Shown here piece after piece: positions 1-11,052 of a stretch of DNA of 64,000 nt. The notes under the pieces are model-generated. The model was not told the DNA's origin, did no database searches, and saw only the letters and a program-made list of their open reading frames with translations. Location of the stretch: the NCBI GenBank assembly GCA_004431415.1, contig QPMI01000089.1, forward strand, positions 124,001 through 188,000, read 5' to 3'. The first letter of the stretch is position 1. The number at the start of each line of letters is the position of its first letter. A program made the position numbers and the translations under genes. Source of the DNA: Cyanophora paradoxa CCMP329. Lineage: Eukaryota; Plantae; Glaucophyta.

Positions 1-365
1 CCATTCACACTCAGTCCAGTCCCAATCCATGCCCCTCCACTGTAAACTTGAAAAGCCGCCGAATTCCTATCAGCCGGATTAAAAGCCGTTTTGGAATCCT
101 GTTGACCTTCATATAGATATTCTTTGGTGACCAGCCCCGAAGATATTGCGGGTCGATTAGATACGATCATTTGAGTAGCTTTAACGAGTCCATCAATCTT
201 GTCAGCTCTGAGTTCTTTGACTCTGAGTATGCTTTGGTCATTAAAAGAATCGGTTTTCGCTGTCTCAGTCGAAGGATGGCTCGGAGATAAATCATAGACT
301 GTGTGTTGGACATTATGGACAGCACTTGCACTCAAAGAAAACACAGGCGTGAATACAGTTGACAT
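1..365 (-). CDS. Viral hypothetical protein, 5' part only (runs off the window)
   Basis: Manual translation from ATG 365: MSTVFTPVFSLSASAVHNVQH...FQVYSGGAWIGTGLSVN, open to position 1. Not in the ORF track. Confidence 0.7.
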   Translation of the reverse strand, partial: MSTVFTPVFSLSASAVHNVQHTVYDLSPSHPSTETAKTDSFNDQSILRVKELRADKIDGLVKATQMIVSNRPAISSGLVTKEYLYEGQQDSKTAFNPADRNSAAFQVYSGGAWIGTGLSVN

Positions 366-386
366 CTTTTGATTGTTCTTTACTTA

Positions 387-1849
387 TTAAGCGAGAATAT
401 TATTGTTTTGGAGAGGTCCGACAGCAATCCAATGGAGTTTAAGGGTGCGATTGCTTTGGATCACACTGTTATAATTGATGTCCGAGTAACAAGTGAATAT
501 CGCAATCCAAGTGAATTTATTTTTGAACCCAATGCGATTTCCGAACTGATATTCAGCAGAGAGATATATGCTATTGGTGAAATCGACACTTGTTAAAATA
601 ATACTGTTTTCGAGAGTAGCAGTAATTACAGGATCACTAAAAAATGGGTTGAGAATGTAACGGTTCCCGATACTGTGGTAAAATCCCCTTTGTAATAGAC
701 TCCGGCAGGAATTACTACATCCATTGTCCCTTGTTGCACATATGCATTTGGATTCACATAACTACCGAAATTCGTGAGCAACTCGATGCTGTGATTGTGA
801 GTAGGTGGCGAAGTGGGTGTGTTAATTAAATCGTCATAGTTCCCGCTTGTAGCCACAGCATGCAAGTTTGGTGTATTAACTAAATCTGTATAGCTCCCAC
901 TTGTAGCCACAGCATGCAAGGTCGGTGCAATAGGGGTGTTAGTTAAATCGTTGTAATCACCACTTGTGGCAACAGCATGCAAATTCGGCTTAGTAAATAA
1001 CCTATCCCATGTCCCATTGAAAGGGAGTGTAGATTCTGATATAATTACACCTTGATCAATCCAACGAGGTATATAGCTTGTGAAATCGGGAGGATTTACA
1101 AGATCATAGTAATTTCCTGTGTATGCTACACTACTCCAAGTCGGCTTCTGAATGATATCACTCCACTTCCCACTAAATCCCGCCGGCACATCTGTAAGCT
1201 CTTTATAGCTCACCTTTTGCTTCGGTATAGACAGCTCAATGGGTGAGAATGCACCCGAAAGGCGATTTTCAGAGGTGAAATACATAAGACTTTGACTGTT
1301 AGGGAACTCATCCACGAGATTAAAGGTGAAATTCGTGGGCAATTCGAGTCGACTAATTGGGGTGTTGTCGCCCAATATAAATTCGGCACCTGTATGCACG
1401 ACCGGGTTTCTTTGGATATACATATTTGATGCACCTATTACAGGTGCTACTATGGGCACATCCGAATTAACGAGATTGCAAGTGATGGAGAAAATGGTTT
1501 TGGGGGCAAACAGATTGCAATCAAAGGTAATCGTGGCGGGATCAATAGTAGGATCGACATTTGAACAGATCTGAAACATCCACCCACCCACACAGTTGCA
1601 ATTTAAATTGCGAAAGGCTGTGCCTGCCATTGCATCCACATAGCCGATCCCATTTGCAATGTCATAGATGTGACCAAACTCGTAACCGAAAAGGTCATTC
1701 CATAGGTTAGAAGCCATAGCTCCCATCACATAGCCTTTCATATTAACGATCAGATCATTGGATTCACTGGGTAGATCTTTATGGGTGATGTAGAATTGAT
1801 TTTCCAATACAGCATTCTTTACTGTCGTTTCTACTATGGGTTCCGTCAT
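387..1849 (-). CDS. Tail-fibre/spike-like protein with LHAVATSGxYxDLxNxP repeats and a C-terminal H-lectin/gp53-like domain (one -1 frameshift near 638-648)
   Basis: ORF 626-1948, likely start MTEP at 1849, with three near-exact and two degenerate fibre-type repeats. The -1 frame continues PFFSDPVITATLE...LHWIAVG to TAA at 387-389, completing a GTVTF..PF...P......WIAxG domain. Confidence 0.7.
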
Positions 1850-1877
1850 TATTTCTCTATTAAGGCATTCTACAAAA

Positions 1878-4800
1878 TTAAGGTCGCATCGGGAGAAGCT
1901 CGTATGTTCTGCCCTCTCGCTGTGCCATTTCCGCCATAAAGTCTGCATTATCTTTTATTATTGATTCAGCCCTTCGTTCTGCTCGCGATTTTTTGGGTGC
2001 TGCCCTACTTGCTGGTGGTTGATCAGTTCTCACAACACTTAGACCATTCCCCTCGGCTGACCTCACCTCTAACCCCACATCTCCTTCGGCTGTTTGGGTC
2101 ACATTCATCTCTGGTGCCGAATATTTATTCCCTGCACCTGCAATGACCCGATCACAACATGCACAACATAAAGCCCGAAATTTGTATGCAAGTATACCCC
2201 CGAATAAAGTAATAACAGGCACAACCACAGCAATAACTATCAGTCCTGGATCGACACCACGACCCACGGGCTGGTTTGTAGGATTTGAGGATTATTAGGT
2301 GTCGTGTTTGGATCTGGATTAGTTGTAGGGGATTTTTCGAATCGGGATCTGGCTTAGGTGTGTTTGGATTGGGATCGTTTGGTGGCGGTTCTGTCGACCC
2401 TGCTAATGATGTCGGCGCTGTGTATGCATTCGCAAACACGATGGGAGCCGTTGCTGGATTTCCTGTTGAAGACCCTGTAATTGCACCATAGGTATCTGAC
2501 AGGTATTTATATAATTCCTTTGTCACAGGCGGATTGCTCACAGATCGGCACACCCAAATATTGCATGTAGTATCATAGACTGTGTCCCTGATAAAGGGCG
2601 GTAGAGCCGTCCCACTGAATGACTCAAAGAGCCCATTTCGCGATAGCAACCTATGGGCTGCATCACAGTTCCCACCCTCGAAATATTTGGTAGCCGAAAT
2701 TGCACCTTGCACATAAATATTACATGTCGAGTGCATTCCAATGTTATTTAGGTTGGGAGTGTATCTATCATCGAGCCGGACAGTGCACACCCATGGGGAA
2801 GCGGTTTTAATATATTTCTTATCGCCCACTTCGATGACATCTGTATTTGGGTGGCTGTCAAGCTGAGTCCAAACAGCATCATACCTGAAAGTGTAATAAA
2901 CTAAGAGCCCATCAGTAGAGGATGTGAAAGCAAAGAAGGTCATAAAGTCGGTGGATCCAAAGAAGTCAGCATTGGTCGATGTTAGGGTGACTCTGGATAG
3001 CTCATGTTGACAGTCTCAGAAGGATATGGAATATAGGAGGTGTAATTGCGATTGAAAAGATAATAGTGAAATCCATCTGAGACATTCGAGTGAGTGGGCA
3101 AGGTGACTGTTAAGGTCTTACTGCGATTCTCAAACGTGTTCTGTATGACAATGTTGCAAGTATTAATATATCGAGAATCGAAAAAGTAATTATTTGTGAC
3201 ACTGTTATTGATCAGAGTCGCATTGGTTCCATTAAATACGAAATTCTGCCCATTTATTCTCGTAGTATGGAGGTCGGTCACATCGAGAGGATACCTAATT
3301 TTCAAGCGATCTTCGGGGTCGAATCGTGGAATAGTTCCTGTTGCCTTCCAACTGATAGTAAAGGGAGGAGAAAGGGACACAGGTGGGATTGGAGTAAGAT
3401 TAAACTTCGCAAAATATAATCCAACAGGATATCCTGACAGAGCATAGGTCACTGTTGCATTTCCGACAAGTGTAAAGCCGGTTGTTGTTATATTTGTGGC
3501 GACAAATGGAGAGTAACCAAGGGGCGCATTGTTGAGAGAGGTAGATGATCCATTATTGATCACATACAAATTCGTATCTGTTATTTCAATAGTAGGAGGG
3601 GAAACAAAAGGTGTCTCAAATGTGAAATTAAAATTCGCTGGAACCCCTGCAAGGTATCTATATGTTGATGCTGATATCTCGGATGCCTGGAATACTTTGC
3701 TTCCCCTCTGCACTACATTACTTGTGTCTTTCACATTGTGGTAGGATATACTGGGAGTGGGGGAGAGCACCAACGAAATAGCATCTGGTAAATCAGACTT
3801 TGTTATATACAGTTCTCTGAGAAACTCCTTTCTAAAAGGGGCGGTCAGTTCTCCAATAGTAGCCGATGATCCTGCGACCACAATATTACAGGTGTTTGCA
3901 TTCAAAGAATAAACTGTGTTCCACCTTAAAGAGTTCGCCCCAAGATCCAAATTCTGTGAGAAGGGCACGATATTGCTACCCTGTAAATCGCGGTAAATCT
4001 TTACTCTGGGTTTGCTATCGAAGACAGGGGTGACATAATTGATAGTAAGAGTGAAGCTCACATTTGCTATGCTGTTTAGTGAAGAGTTTCGGATGGTAAT
4101 TAAATTACTAAGATTGATAAACGAAACCTGGAACCCTGTGGAGGTGATATTATGGACATATGCTTTATTAGATTCATTAGTGTAAGTAACATTGTTATAG
4201 TAAACTGTATGATCGACCAAGGTCACAGTAGGTAAAGCCTCGAAACCTGTGACACCCAATTGACCCCATGTAAATGTATAGGTCGGGCTATCAGCATACA
4301 CCACATAGACTTCGAGCCCTGCGATCTTTTGAGGGTAACCTGTGACCTCGTAGGTCTCAGTTCGCGAAACTGAGCGGGAAAGATTGCTGTTAAAGTCATT
4401 ATAGCTGATCAGAGCTCTCTCATCAGTGGGTAAATCACTGGGTCGGACTGACTGATTGAAAGGCAAGATTATGTTACTTGTTTTTGAGGTCGTGCTATAA
4501 AGGTAAGTCGTGTGCAAGTCATCAAACCACCCATCATAGGCATACACATTGAGCCATTTCTTAACAGCATCAGTGTTAGATTGCCCGAGATTAAATTGAT
4601 GATCGAGCAAAGGCACCAAATCGCGGGATAAATACATGATCGCATCAGTGATGGTGATTGCACCTGTTAAAACAGCGAGCCCTGCCGTGTTTGCTGCGGT
4701 AGCAATTGATAAACCCGAAATTTCGAGATCCTGGGCTACATCTCGCTCGTTTCTTGTGAATCGCTCACTATAAAACTCCTTTACAAGGTCGACCCCCATG

Positions 4801-5195
4801 ACATCAATTAAATGCGGTCGGGTCAGAGTGATATTGCTTGTGATTCTCTGCGAATATTTAACAGGATCCCATTCGACGACAGCTGTCAGTGGGATGGGGC
4901 GGGCTTTATTGATTTCGTGCTGAAAGGTTCTCACTGTGGGGAAATTGCTGCCAAAGAATGCAACAGGTGAGCCCCCATGATATATTACGAGGGCTGAGTT
5001 ATCAGTGCCATAGGTAAAAGGGAGATTGCTGGTGATATCAATATATTCAAGGTTACTCTGATTTAATAGAAAGTCTTTTACCACAAGGTTCGAAGATATG
5101 GTCACATTGGAAGCGGTAATGTTACTGCTGAGCTCGAAACCGTCATCCAAATACAAGGTTTCCCGAGTGATAAAGGGGAGATTCGTGATACTCAT
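1878..5195 (-). CDS. Large fibre/adhesin-like protein with Pro/Asn stalk and C-terminal transmembrane helix (ORFs 2982-5195, 2152-2943 and 1878-2267 joined across three -1 shifts)
   Basis: Contains fibre-type VP....LG...(K/R)W.xVY repeats and two H-lectin-like NITxTGF domains. The frames join by restoring one base at ~2995, ~2330 and ~2285, and the first and last ORFs share a frame. TM segment LIVIAVVVPVITLFGGILAY is followed by CCACC. Confidence 0.6.
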
Positions 5196-5213
5196 TTGTA
5201 ATATAAGATTATT

Positions 5214-6187
5214 TTAACCCGATAGCACCTCTAATATAAAGCTGTGATTAACGCCATTAAAGTTGACTACATTATTGTAGGCGTCGAGCCATTTAATGGT
5301 GAGGGTGTCTATGTCATAAGCCTGATCGTGGGAATTAAAGAACTCCACAGTATCGATTCTGCGGAATGTCAGGTAGTAAACAAACGATCCCAAGGGGCTG
5401 GTCAGTGGAATCTTAGCGAGGTTTGCATTTCCGCCCTCATCTGTCTTTGCTGCCACCATATACCTGTCGTAAAAGGGAGTAAACTCTTTAATTTGTAGGT
5501 AAACATAGGGGGTCGGATTTAAATTGATCGCATTCGGGAAGGTCACTGCATTGTATAGGAATTTCTCGGATATTGGTAAATTAGGCGGGAATATTGAGCG
5601 ACCCTCGAATGCTTGCAAGAATGAATACTGCAAGTGGAATGGGGTCACATCAGCATACGAGACCTGATAGTGAGGGCTTCCTTTTTCTGCGACTGCTGTT
5701 TGGTAAACCTGCCCTTTGACCATTCCATGGAATCGTGCAAAGTCGTCATAAGCACAGCTCAGTGTTAGAGGAATGCTTGAATAAAAGGTGAGTTTCATTG
5801 TCGCTGGATTATAGAGCCACTTGTAGTAAACTGTGACGCTTTCGCTTGTGAGAGGGTTTACATCGACAAAGCTGCCCGAATAGCCTAAGTTCTTATTACC
5901 ATATCCCCAAATCGCTGGGTGTAGTTCCCAATATCAGGGAAAGGGGAAAAGGTGATGGTGTTCGTCATTCCCTGTATGGTCACGCCTCTGGAATTATCGG
6001 TGACAGCATAAATCGTGTTCGGGAGCTCGGCACTCGCAATGCGCACCCCTTTTACGTTCAGAAGTCGCTGAGAAAGCTTTACTGTATATTCTCCCGGGTG
6101 CCCTGCACTGCGCTCAATAGAATCGATATTAACATTGACCCTCGTAAACTTGCCATTATAGAAATCGTTAACTGGCTTCCGAATCAT
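5214..6187 (-). CDS. Minor capsid (penton-like) protein 1, split by one frameshift near 5918
   Basis: N-terminal VNIDSIERS...YTVKL...NVKGVRIASAELPNTIY and C-terminal LAKIPL...IDTLTIKWLDAYNNVVNFNGVNHSFILEV, the pattern of PLV/NCLDV single jelly-roll minor capsid proteins. The -1 frame bridges the two ORFs without a stop. Confidence 0.8.
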
Positions 6188-6214
6188 TTTTATTTCCTAT
6201 TAATAAAGAATAAA

Positions 6215-7500
6215 ATGCGCGAGTATCTCAGCATCAGTAGCCGTGATCGATCAGAGGGCTCGGCTCATTCCTATAAGGTGACCCTTCCAAAGCAATACCA
6301 CAATGTGAAGAGCATCGCTGTGCGACAGATCGAATTTTCCAACACGATTCCGACGGTTCCAAGCCCTCAATTCTATACTGAGATCGGGGAGACGAAAGCC
6401 GAGGATGCTAATACGATTTTCATATCCTTTCCTTACCGATTTTCGAGCGGTCAGCTGAATGGTGCCACTCAGGAAATCAGAGATTCACAGGCAACTGCAA
6501 TATACGAAGCATACAAAGCGATAGATTTCGGCGACCAAGGCAACTATATACCGCCTGATTACCTAAACACTTTCAGAAGATATACCCGATACAGGGACGT
6601 AGCAATTACGATCCCTCCTGGCACATACTCGACTGGAACCGACCTTGCCACTGCAATCGATAACATCTTAACGAAAAATGGAACTGGCAACTACATCAAG
6701 GATATGATCGACACAAAAATTAATCCAAGCTACGCATCGACAGGGGAACCTTTTACCCGGTGGTGAGATGCCGTTTTGAGAGCACATTAAATGCCATATG
6801 CTTTTATTCGAGTGATTATGTCTACATAGCTTTCACTAAATATGGTCCGAGTAATGCCACTGGGTCTACTGCGAATGAAAGAAAGGTGCTCGCCTATCGC
6901 ACGATGACTCTTCTCGGGTTTACATCGATCAGAGAGAATATAATGATAGATCAATACAACGGATCGGGCTATACAGCCTTTGCTGGGAGTGGTGTCGTTT
7001 ACTCAGCTGGTGATGCATTCCGCAATTATAATTCGACGGCTCTGGTCTTAGGCATAGCCGGAGGCACTGCCCCTGATTATACACCGGATAATGCAATAGT
7101 TTTAAAGATCACAGAGCCGGACTGCTCGCTTTTTACGACATGCACCGAGGCTACTAATGGATTCCTCGCTAAGATCCCGATTTCGAAAGGCACAGCCTAT
7201 GCTGATGCTGAGCTAATTAATTATGGGGCGGATGCTTTCACGAAATACTTTAACACCCGCCTCTCCTTTGATAGTTTAACCGTTCAAATTCTCACGGAGA
7301 GCGGTTATAGGTATTTCCTCGGAAGCTGTGAGCACACATTCATTTTGGAAATTACTATGGGAGTGGATGAGCCCGACGACGATTTACAGCGCATTGTTAA
7401 TAAGGGATTCGCGAAAATGCTCTATGAGGACTACCCGCATTGCGGCAATTTAACGAATGCGTTGAGCGGGGTGGCTGTAAAAAATAATCCGTTCTTCTAA
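6215..7500 (+). CDS. Minor capsid (penton-like) protein 2, split by one frameshift near 6745
   Basis: MREYLSISSRDRS...YKVTLP..YHNVKSIAVRQIEFSNT, ITIPPGTYS, then LAKIPI...FDSLTVQI...EHTFILEI. Motif order is the same as in penton 1. Confidence 0.8.
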
Positions 7501-7533
7501 AATAAATTTCTCAGCGGAAGATAAAAACGAAAT

Positions 7534-8982
7534 ATGGATCCCACGACCTCGCTTAGCCGCCTCACGCTCAAATCCGTCCTCGAAACCCCGGAGGATTACA
7601 AGAGCATGCTTTTGGATCGCGGATTTATCGTGGGTGTGGACAAACAATTCAAGCCTTCTCGTGTGGAGGTGCTCCCAATTGCGGATCCCGGCAATCTGTT
7701 CTCCTCTACTGGTGCTACCACTCGTGTGGTCTTCTATCTCCCTCGCTACAATTGGTGCAATGGTATTAGCCTCCAAGTTACCATCCCGTCGGCGAAGGCG
7801 CTAACTGCCATCGCCAAGACCTCTGCTGACTGCTCGGCTGATCTATTCAACACTGGATTCGTCCGCGGGCTTCCTGGCTCGTTTGTTCAGCGAGTCAGCA
7901 TTAAATACGGGTCGTATGAGCAAATTATTCCGGCTGAGCGCCTGGTAGATTACGCTTTCCTGGCTAACACTCCGGCTGAATTCGACCAAAAGAAGCGCAA
8001 GCATGGGCTGCATCTCGGACCGAAGGTAGAGGGCGGCAACCAAGCTGGCGGCATTTTTACCATGCGAATTCCGAGCTTCCTCGATGCTGGCGTGCCCATC
8101 GGTGCGCTCCCATCCGAAATCGCGGTCGAAGTATATTTCCAAACCCCTGCGCTGCTCGAAACTGCGGCGGTTCCTGGCGTTTACGCTCAGAATAACGCTG
8201 CTGCAATTACTGCGACCAATTCTACTGATGGCGAGACAACGCTTGCTCAAGCGGCTGCTTTCGGAAATATTAAGACCTTAGCTCACTCGGGTGCCACTGC
8301 GATTTTCGATAGTGCGGCTCTCACACCTACACCTGCACTTGCGAATCTGGAAATGACGACCCCTCGTATTGTTATGGACGCTGTTAACATCGATGAGGAA
8401 ACGATGGGCGAAATCATTACTCGTGTTAAGACCTCTGGCATCGCCATCCCCTACACTGATATTCAGTTTGCGGATTATACCGGTCTTGCTCTCGGCTCTG
8501 GTCTCCGCCTGTCACTATCTCAAATTTCTGGGCTTGTTTACGCACTTGTTGTCAAGGTTCGCGACGAAAACACACTCGGCGATAATAAAGGAGGGCACTC
8601 TACTGTCCGCACCCTTGCCTTCGATGATAATGTCGTGATGCAAGTTCTAAATAACAACAATTACCTATATTCCAACACTGGTGTCCCGCTGCAATCCGCG
8701 GCTATGGAGCTCGCCGATAAATTCAAGATGACTAACTGGATCGATAGCAACAAGCGCCCCATTTACACTGGCTTCTGCTTTGCTCTCGATGGTAAAGCGG
8801 CGCTCAAAGGTGAGAAGGCGACTGGCTACGTCGATCTAACGCAATCAGCGTCGAGCTTCCTGCTGCTCACACCAAATGGCACACCCCTCGCCACCTGGAC
8901 AAAGGTCGGTGTTCAGATCTCGGCTTACTGCCACAATATTCTTGTGATGAATGCCAATGGATTGTCAAAAATTTCAGCCTAG
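7534..8982 (+). CDS. Major capsid protein (double jelly-roll, PLV-type)
   Basis: 482 aa, beta-rich, located between penton and ATPase genes. C-terminal ISAYCHNILVMNANG resembles MCP termini, and codon bias is strong. Confidence 0.8.
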   Translation: MDPTTSLSRLTLKSVLETPEDYKSMLLDRGFIVGVDKQFKPSRVEVLPIADPGNLFSSTGATTRVVFYLPRYNWCNGISLQVTIPSAKALTAIAKTSADCSADLFNTGFVRGLPGSFVQRVSIKYGSYEQIIPAERLVDYAFLANTPAEFDQKKRKHGLHLGPKVEGGNQAGGIFTMRIPSFLDAGVPIGALPSEIAVEVYFQTPALLETAAVPGVYAQNNAAAITATNSTDGETTLAQAAAFGNIKTLAHSGATAIFDSAALTPTPALANLEMTTPRIVMDAVNIDEETMGEIITRVKTSGIAIPYTDIQFADYTGLALGSGLRLSLSQISGLVYALVVKVRDENTLGDNKGGHSTVRTLAFDDNVVMQVLNNNNYLYSNTGVPLQSAAMELADKFKMTNWIDSNKRPIYTGFCFALDGKAALKGEKATGYVDLTQSASSFLLLTPNGTPLATWTKVGVQISAYCHNILVMNANGLSKISA

Positions 8983-9109
8983 TTTGCATAGAGAATCAGA
9001 AACTGGATTCATTTTTACAATATCTTTCAAATATATGAAAGTGCGAGCCTTCAAAAAATGACAAAAGTATTTAAAGGTTAATTCACTACAAGGATATTAA
9101 GAGATCGCA

Positions 9110-10057
9110 ATGGTTCCCGCACTCACACAGGAACAGTTTATTTCGCGCTCGAAAGAGAGATATCCTAATAAATTCGGATATGAGAGAGCAAGCTATAAAA
9201 CGTATTGTTTAGATAAAGTCACTCTTCTTTGCCTCACATGCAATGAAGAATTCAGTATCCTTCCGTCTAATCATCTTAAAAAGGGAGGCTTAGGCGGTTG
9301 TTTAAAGTGCCGAAATGACCTGCAACAGAAAGAACGAGCTGTTCCCCAACATATTTTCCTTGAAAAAGCTCGGTCAGTTCATGGAGACAAATATGAATAC
9401 GACCTTACAGGATACGTAAATTGTAGATCTAAAATATCTGTGACCTGCAAAGAGTGCAAGCAAATATTTGTAAAAGCGGCTTTCTGTATAACTAGGGGCG
9501 ATGGATGCACACATTGTAGTTTCAAAACCAAATGTGCAAAACTGACCAAGCCACAGGAGGTCTTCATAGCACAGGCGAAAGAGATACATGGGGACAAATA
9601 TGATTACTCACAGACCATCTACAAAAACAAACGGACAAACGTCGTAATTAAATGTAACAAGTGCTTGACAGAGTTTACGTGTGCACCAAGCAATCACCTG
9701 GGAGGGACAGGCTGCATCCGTTGTAGATTTTCCAAAGGTGAAGCTGCTGTCGAAAGTGCTCTAATGGATCTTGACATCCAATTCAAACGACAGCATCGAT
9801 TTTCTAATTGTAGGCATAAATACACTCTACCTTTTGACTTCTATATACCATCACTGAAAATTGCGATTGAATATGATGGTAGACAGCACTTTGCATCTGA
9901 TGAGTTCTTTGGAGGTGAGAAGGCATTTGAAGAGTGCAAGATTCGTGATGGTATTAAAAATCGCTACTGTGAAGCTAATGGTATCAAACTACTTCGTATT
10001 CCCTACACTGAAAAAGATATTAAAGGATGCATTGAGCGCTTCTTTGCAAGCCTTTGA
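9110..10057 (+). CDS. Zn-ribbon repeat + Vsr-like (PD-D/ExK) endonuclease, homing-endonuclease-like
   Basis: Three repeats of FI.KA..(V/I)HGDKY.Y...Y.N....CxxC...G.GCxxC followed by LPFDFYIP..KIAIEYDGRQHF...D..KN.YC..NGIKLLRIPY. Confidence 0.85.
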   Translation: MVPALTQEQFISRSKERYPNKFGYERASYKTYCLDKVTLLCLTCNEEFSILPSNHLKKGGLGGCLKCRNDLQQKERAVPQHIFLEKARSVHGDKYEYDLTGYVNCRSKISVTCKECKQIFVKAAFCITRGDGCTHCSFKTKCAKLTKPQEVFIAQAKEIHGDKYDYSQTIYKNKRTNVVIKCNKCLTEFTCAPSNHLGGTGCIRCRFSKGEAAVESALMDLDIQFKRQHRFSNCRHKYTLPFDFYIPSLKIAIEYDGRQHFASDEFFGGEKAFEECKIRDGIKNRYCEANGIKLLRIPYTEKDIKGCIERFFASL

Positions 10058-10117
10058 AGCGCCTGAGGAATGAGGGCTGTCGCGTTTCGTAATTTTTATA
10101 TGTTTCTTATAAGGGAA

Positions 10118-11029
10118 ATGGATATACAAGATCTGAGTGAGTTTGACCCGGGAAGCCTGGAATTTCCGAATCGCGCCGTTTTTGTGGGCAAAACTGCAAC
10201 TGGGAAGTCAGTGTTTTTGAAATACCTGCTTTACCACAACGAGGACAAGATAGATTCGGTGATGATTTTCGCCTCCACGATCTGGAATCATCAATACGAC
10301 AATGTCACATCGTATCTGTATGAGGATTTCGACCATAAGCTGATCGACAATATAATAGAGAAACGCAAGGAGAGGATCAAGAAAAATGAGAAAGTCGGTA
10401 ACCTGTTAATTGTGCTGGACGATTTTATTGATAATCCGAGTCTATCGATGTCAGGAAAGGGTGAGCCTATATTAAATCGTCTTTTCACGGCTGGACGCCA
10501 TCTGTTTGTGAGCGTCTGGATTTTGTCACAGAAACTCACGAAGATCTCGCCGACACTCAGAGTAAACGCCGAATATATATTCCTGTTCTCATTGCCCAAT
10601 AGAAAAGAGATGGAGAGCGCTGAGGACGAGTTTAATCCATACGAAAAGCGGTGGTTCGAGAAGGTGATGAACGAATACAGTCACAGCTATCAGGTGATCG
10701 TGGTAAACAATGCGAAATATAGCCTGGAATTCTCTGTTGGCAAGGCTGATCCGGTGCCCGACGAATATAAATTCAAGCGCTTCTTTAAAAAAGCGGCGGA
10801 CGACATAAAGACCGCTGGTAAACAGTCGGTAAAACCGACGTCGGGCGCGGTAAATGGCGACCAACCCCAAACCACCGATATTACGAAACCTGTGAGTGGA
10901 AACGTCGCAACCTTAAAGCGATCCACCAAAAGGATAATCGAAGCCGACCTACTTAAAGACCCCAATCTATTGCTGGCATACCAAGAAAAGCGCCGCCCAA
11001 AATTTGCAAAGAAATTGGGTAAATTTTGA
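10118..11029 (+). CDS. A32-like (FtsK/HerA) genome packaging ATPase
   Basis: Walker A GKTATGKS, Walker B LLIVLDD, arginine-finger GRH motif and ILSQ...LRVNAEYIFLF. Confidence 0.93.
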   Translation: MDIQDLSEFDPGSLEFPNRAVFVGKTATGKSVFLKYLLYHNEDKIDSVMIFASTIWNHQYDNVTSYLYEDFDHKLIDNIIEKRKERIKKNEKVGNLLIVLDDFIDNPSLSMSGKGEPILNRLFTAGRHLFVSVWILSQKLTKISPTLRVNAEYIFLFSLPNRKEMESAEDEFNPYEKRWFEKVMNEYSHSYQVIVVNNAKYSLEFSVGKADPVPDEYKFKRFFKKAADDIKTAGKQSVKPTSGAVNGDQPQTTDITKPVSGNVATLKRSTKRIIEADLLKDPNLLLAYQEKRRPKFAKKLGKF

Positions 11030-11052
11030 ATAAATTTCTCGCATAATGATAA

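Noticed and set aside
387-5195. Diversity-generating retroelement acting on the fibre tips
   Set aside because: No reverse transcriptase and no template/variable repeat pair with adenine-specific differences is visible in the window.
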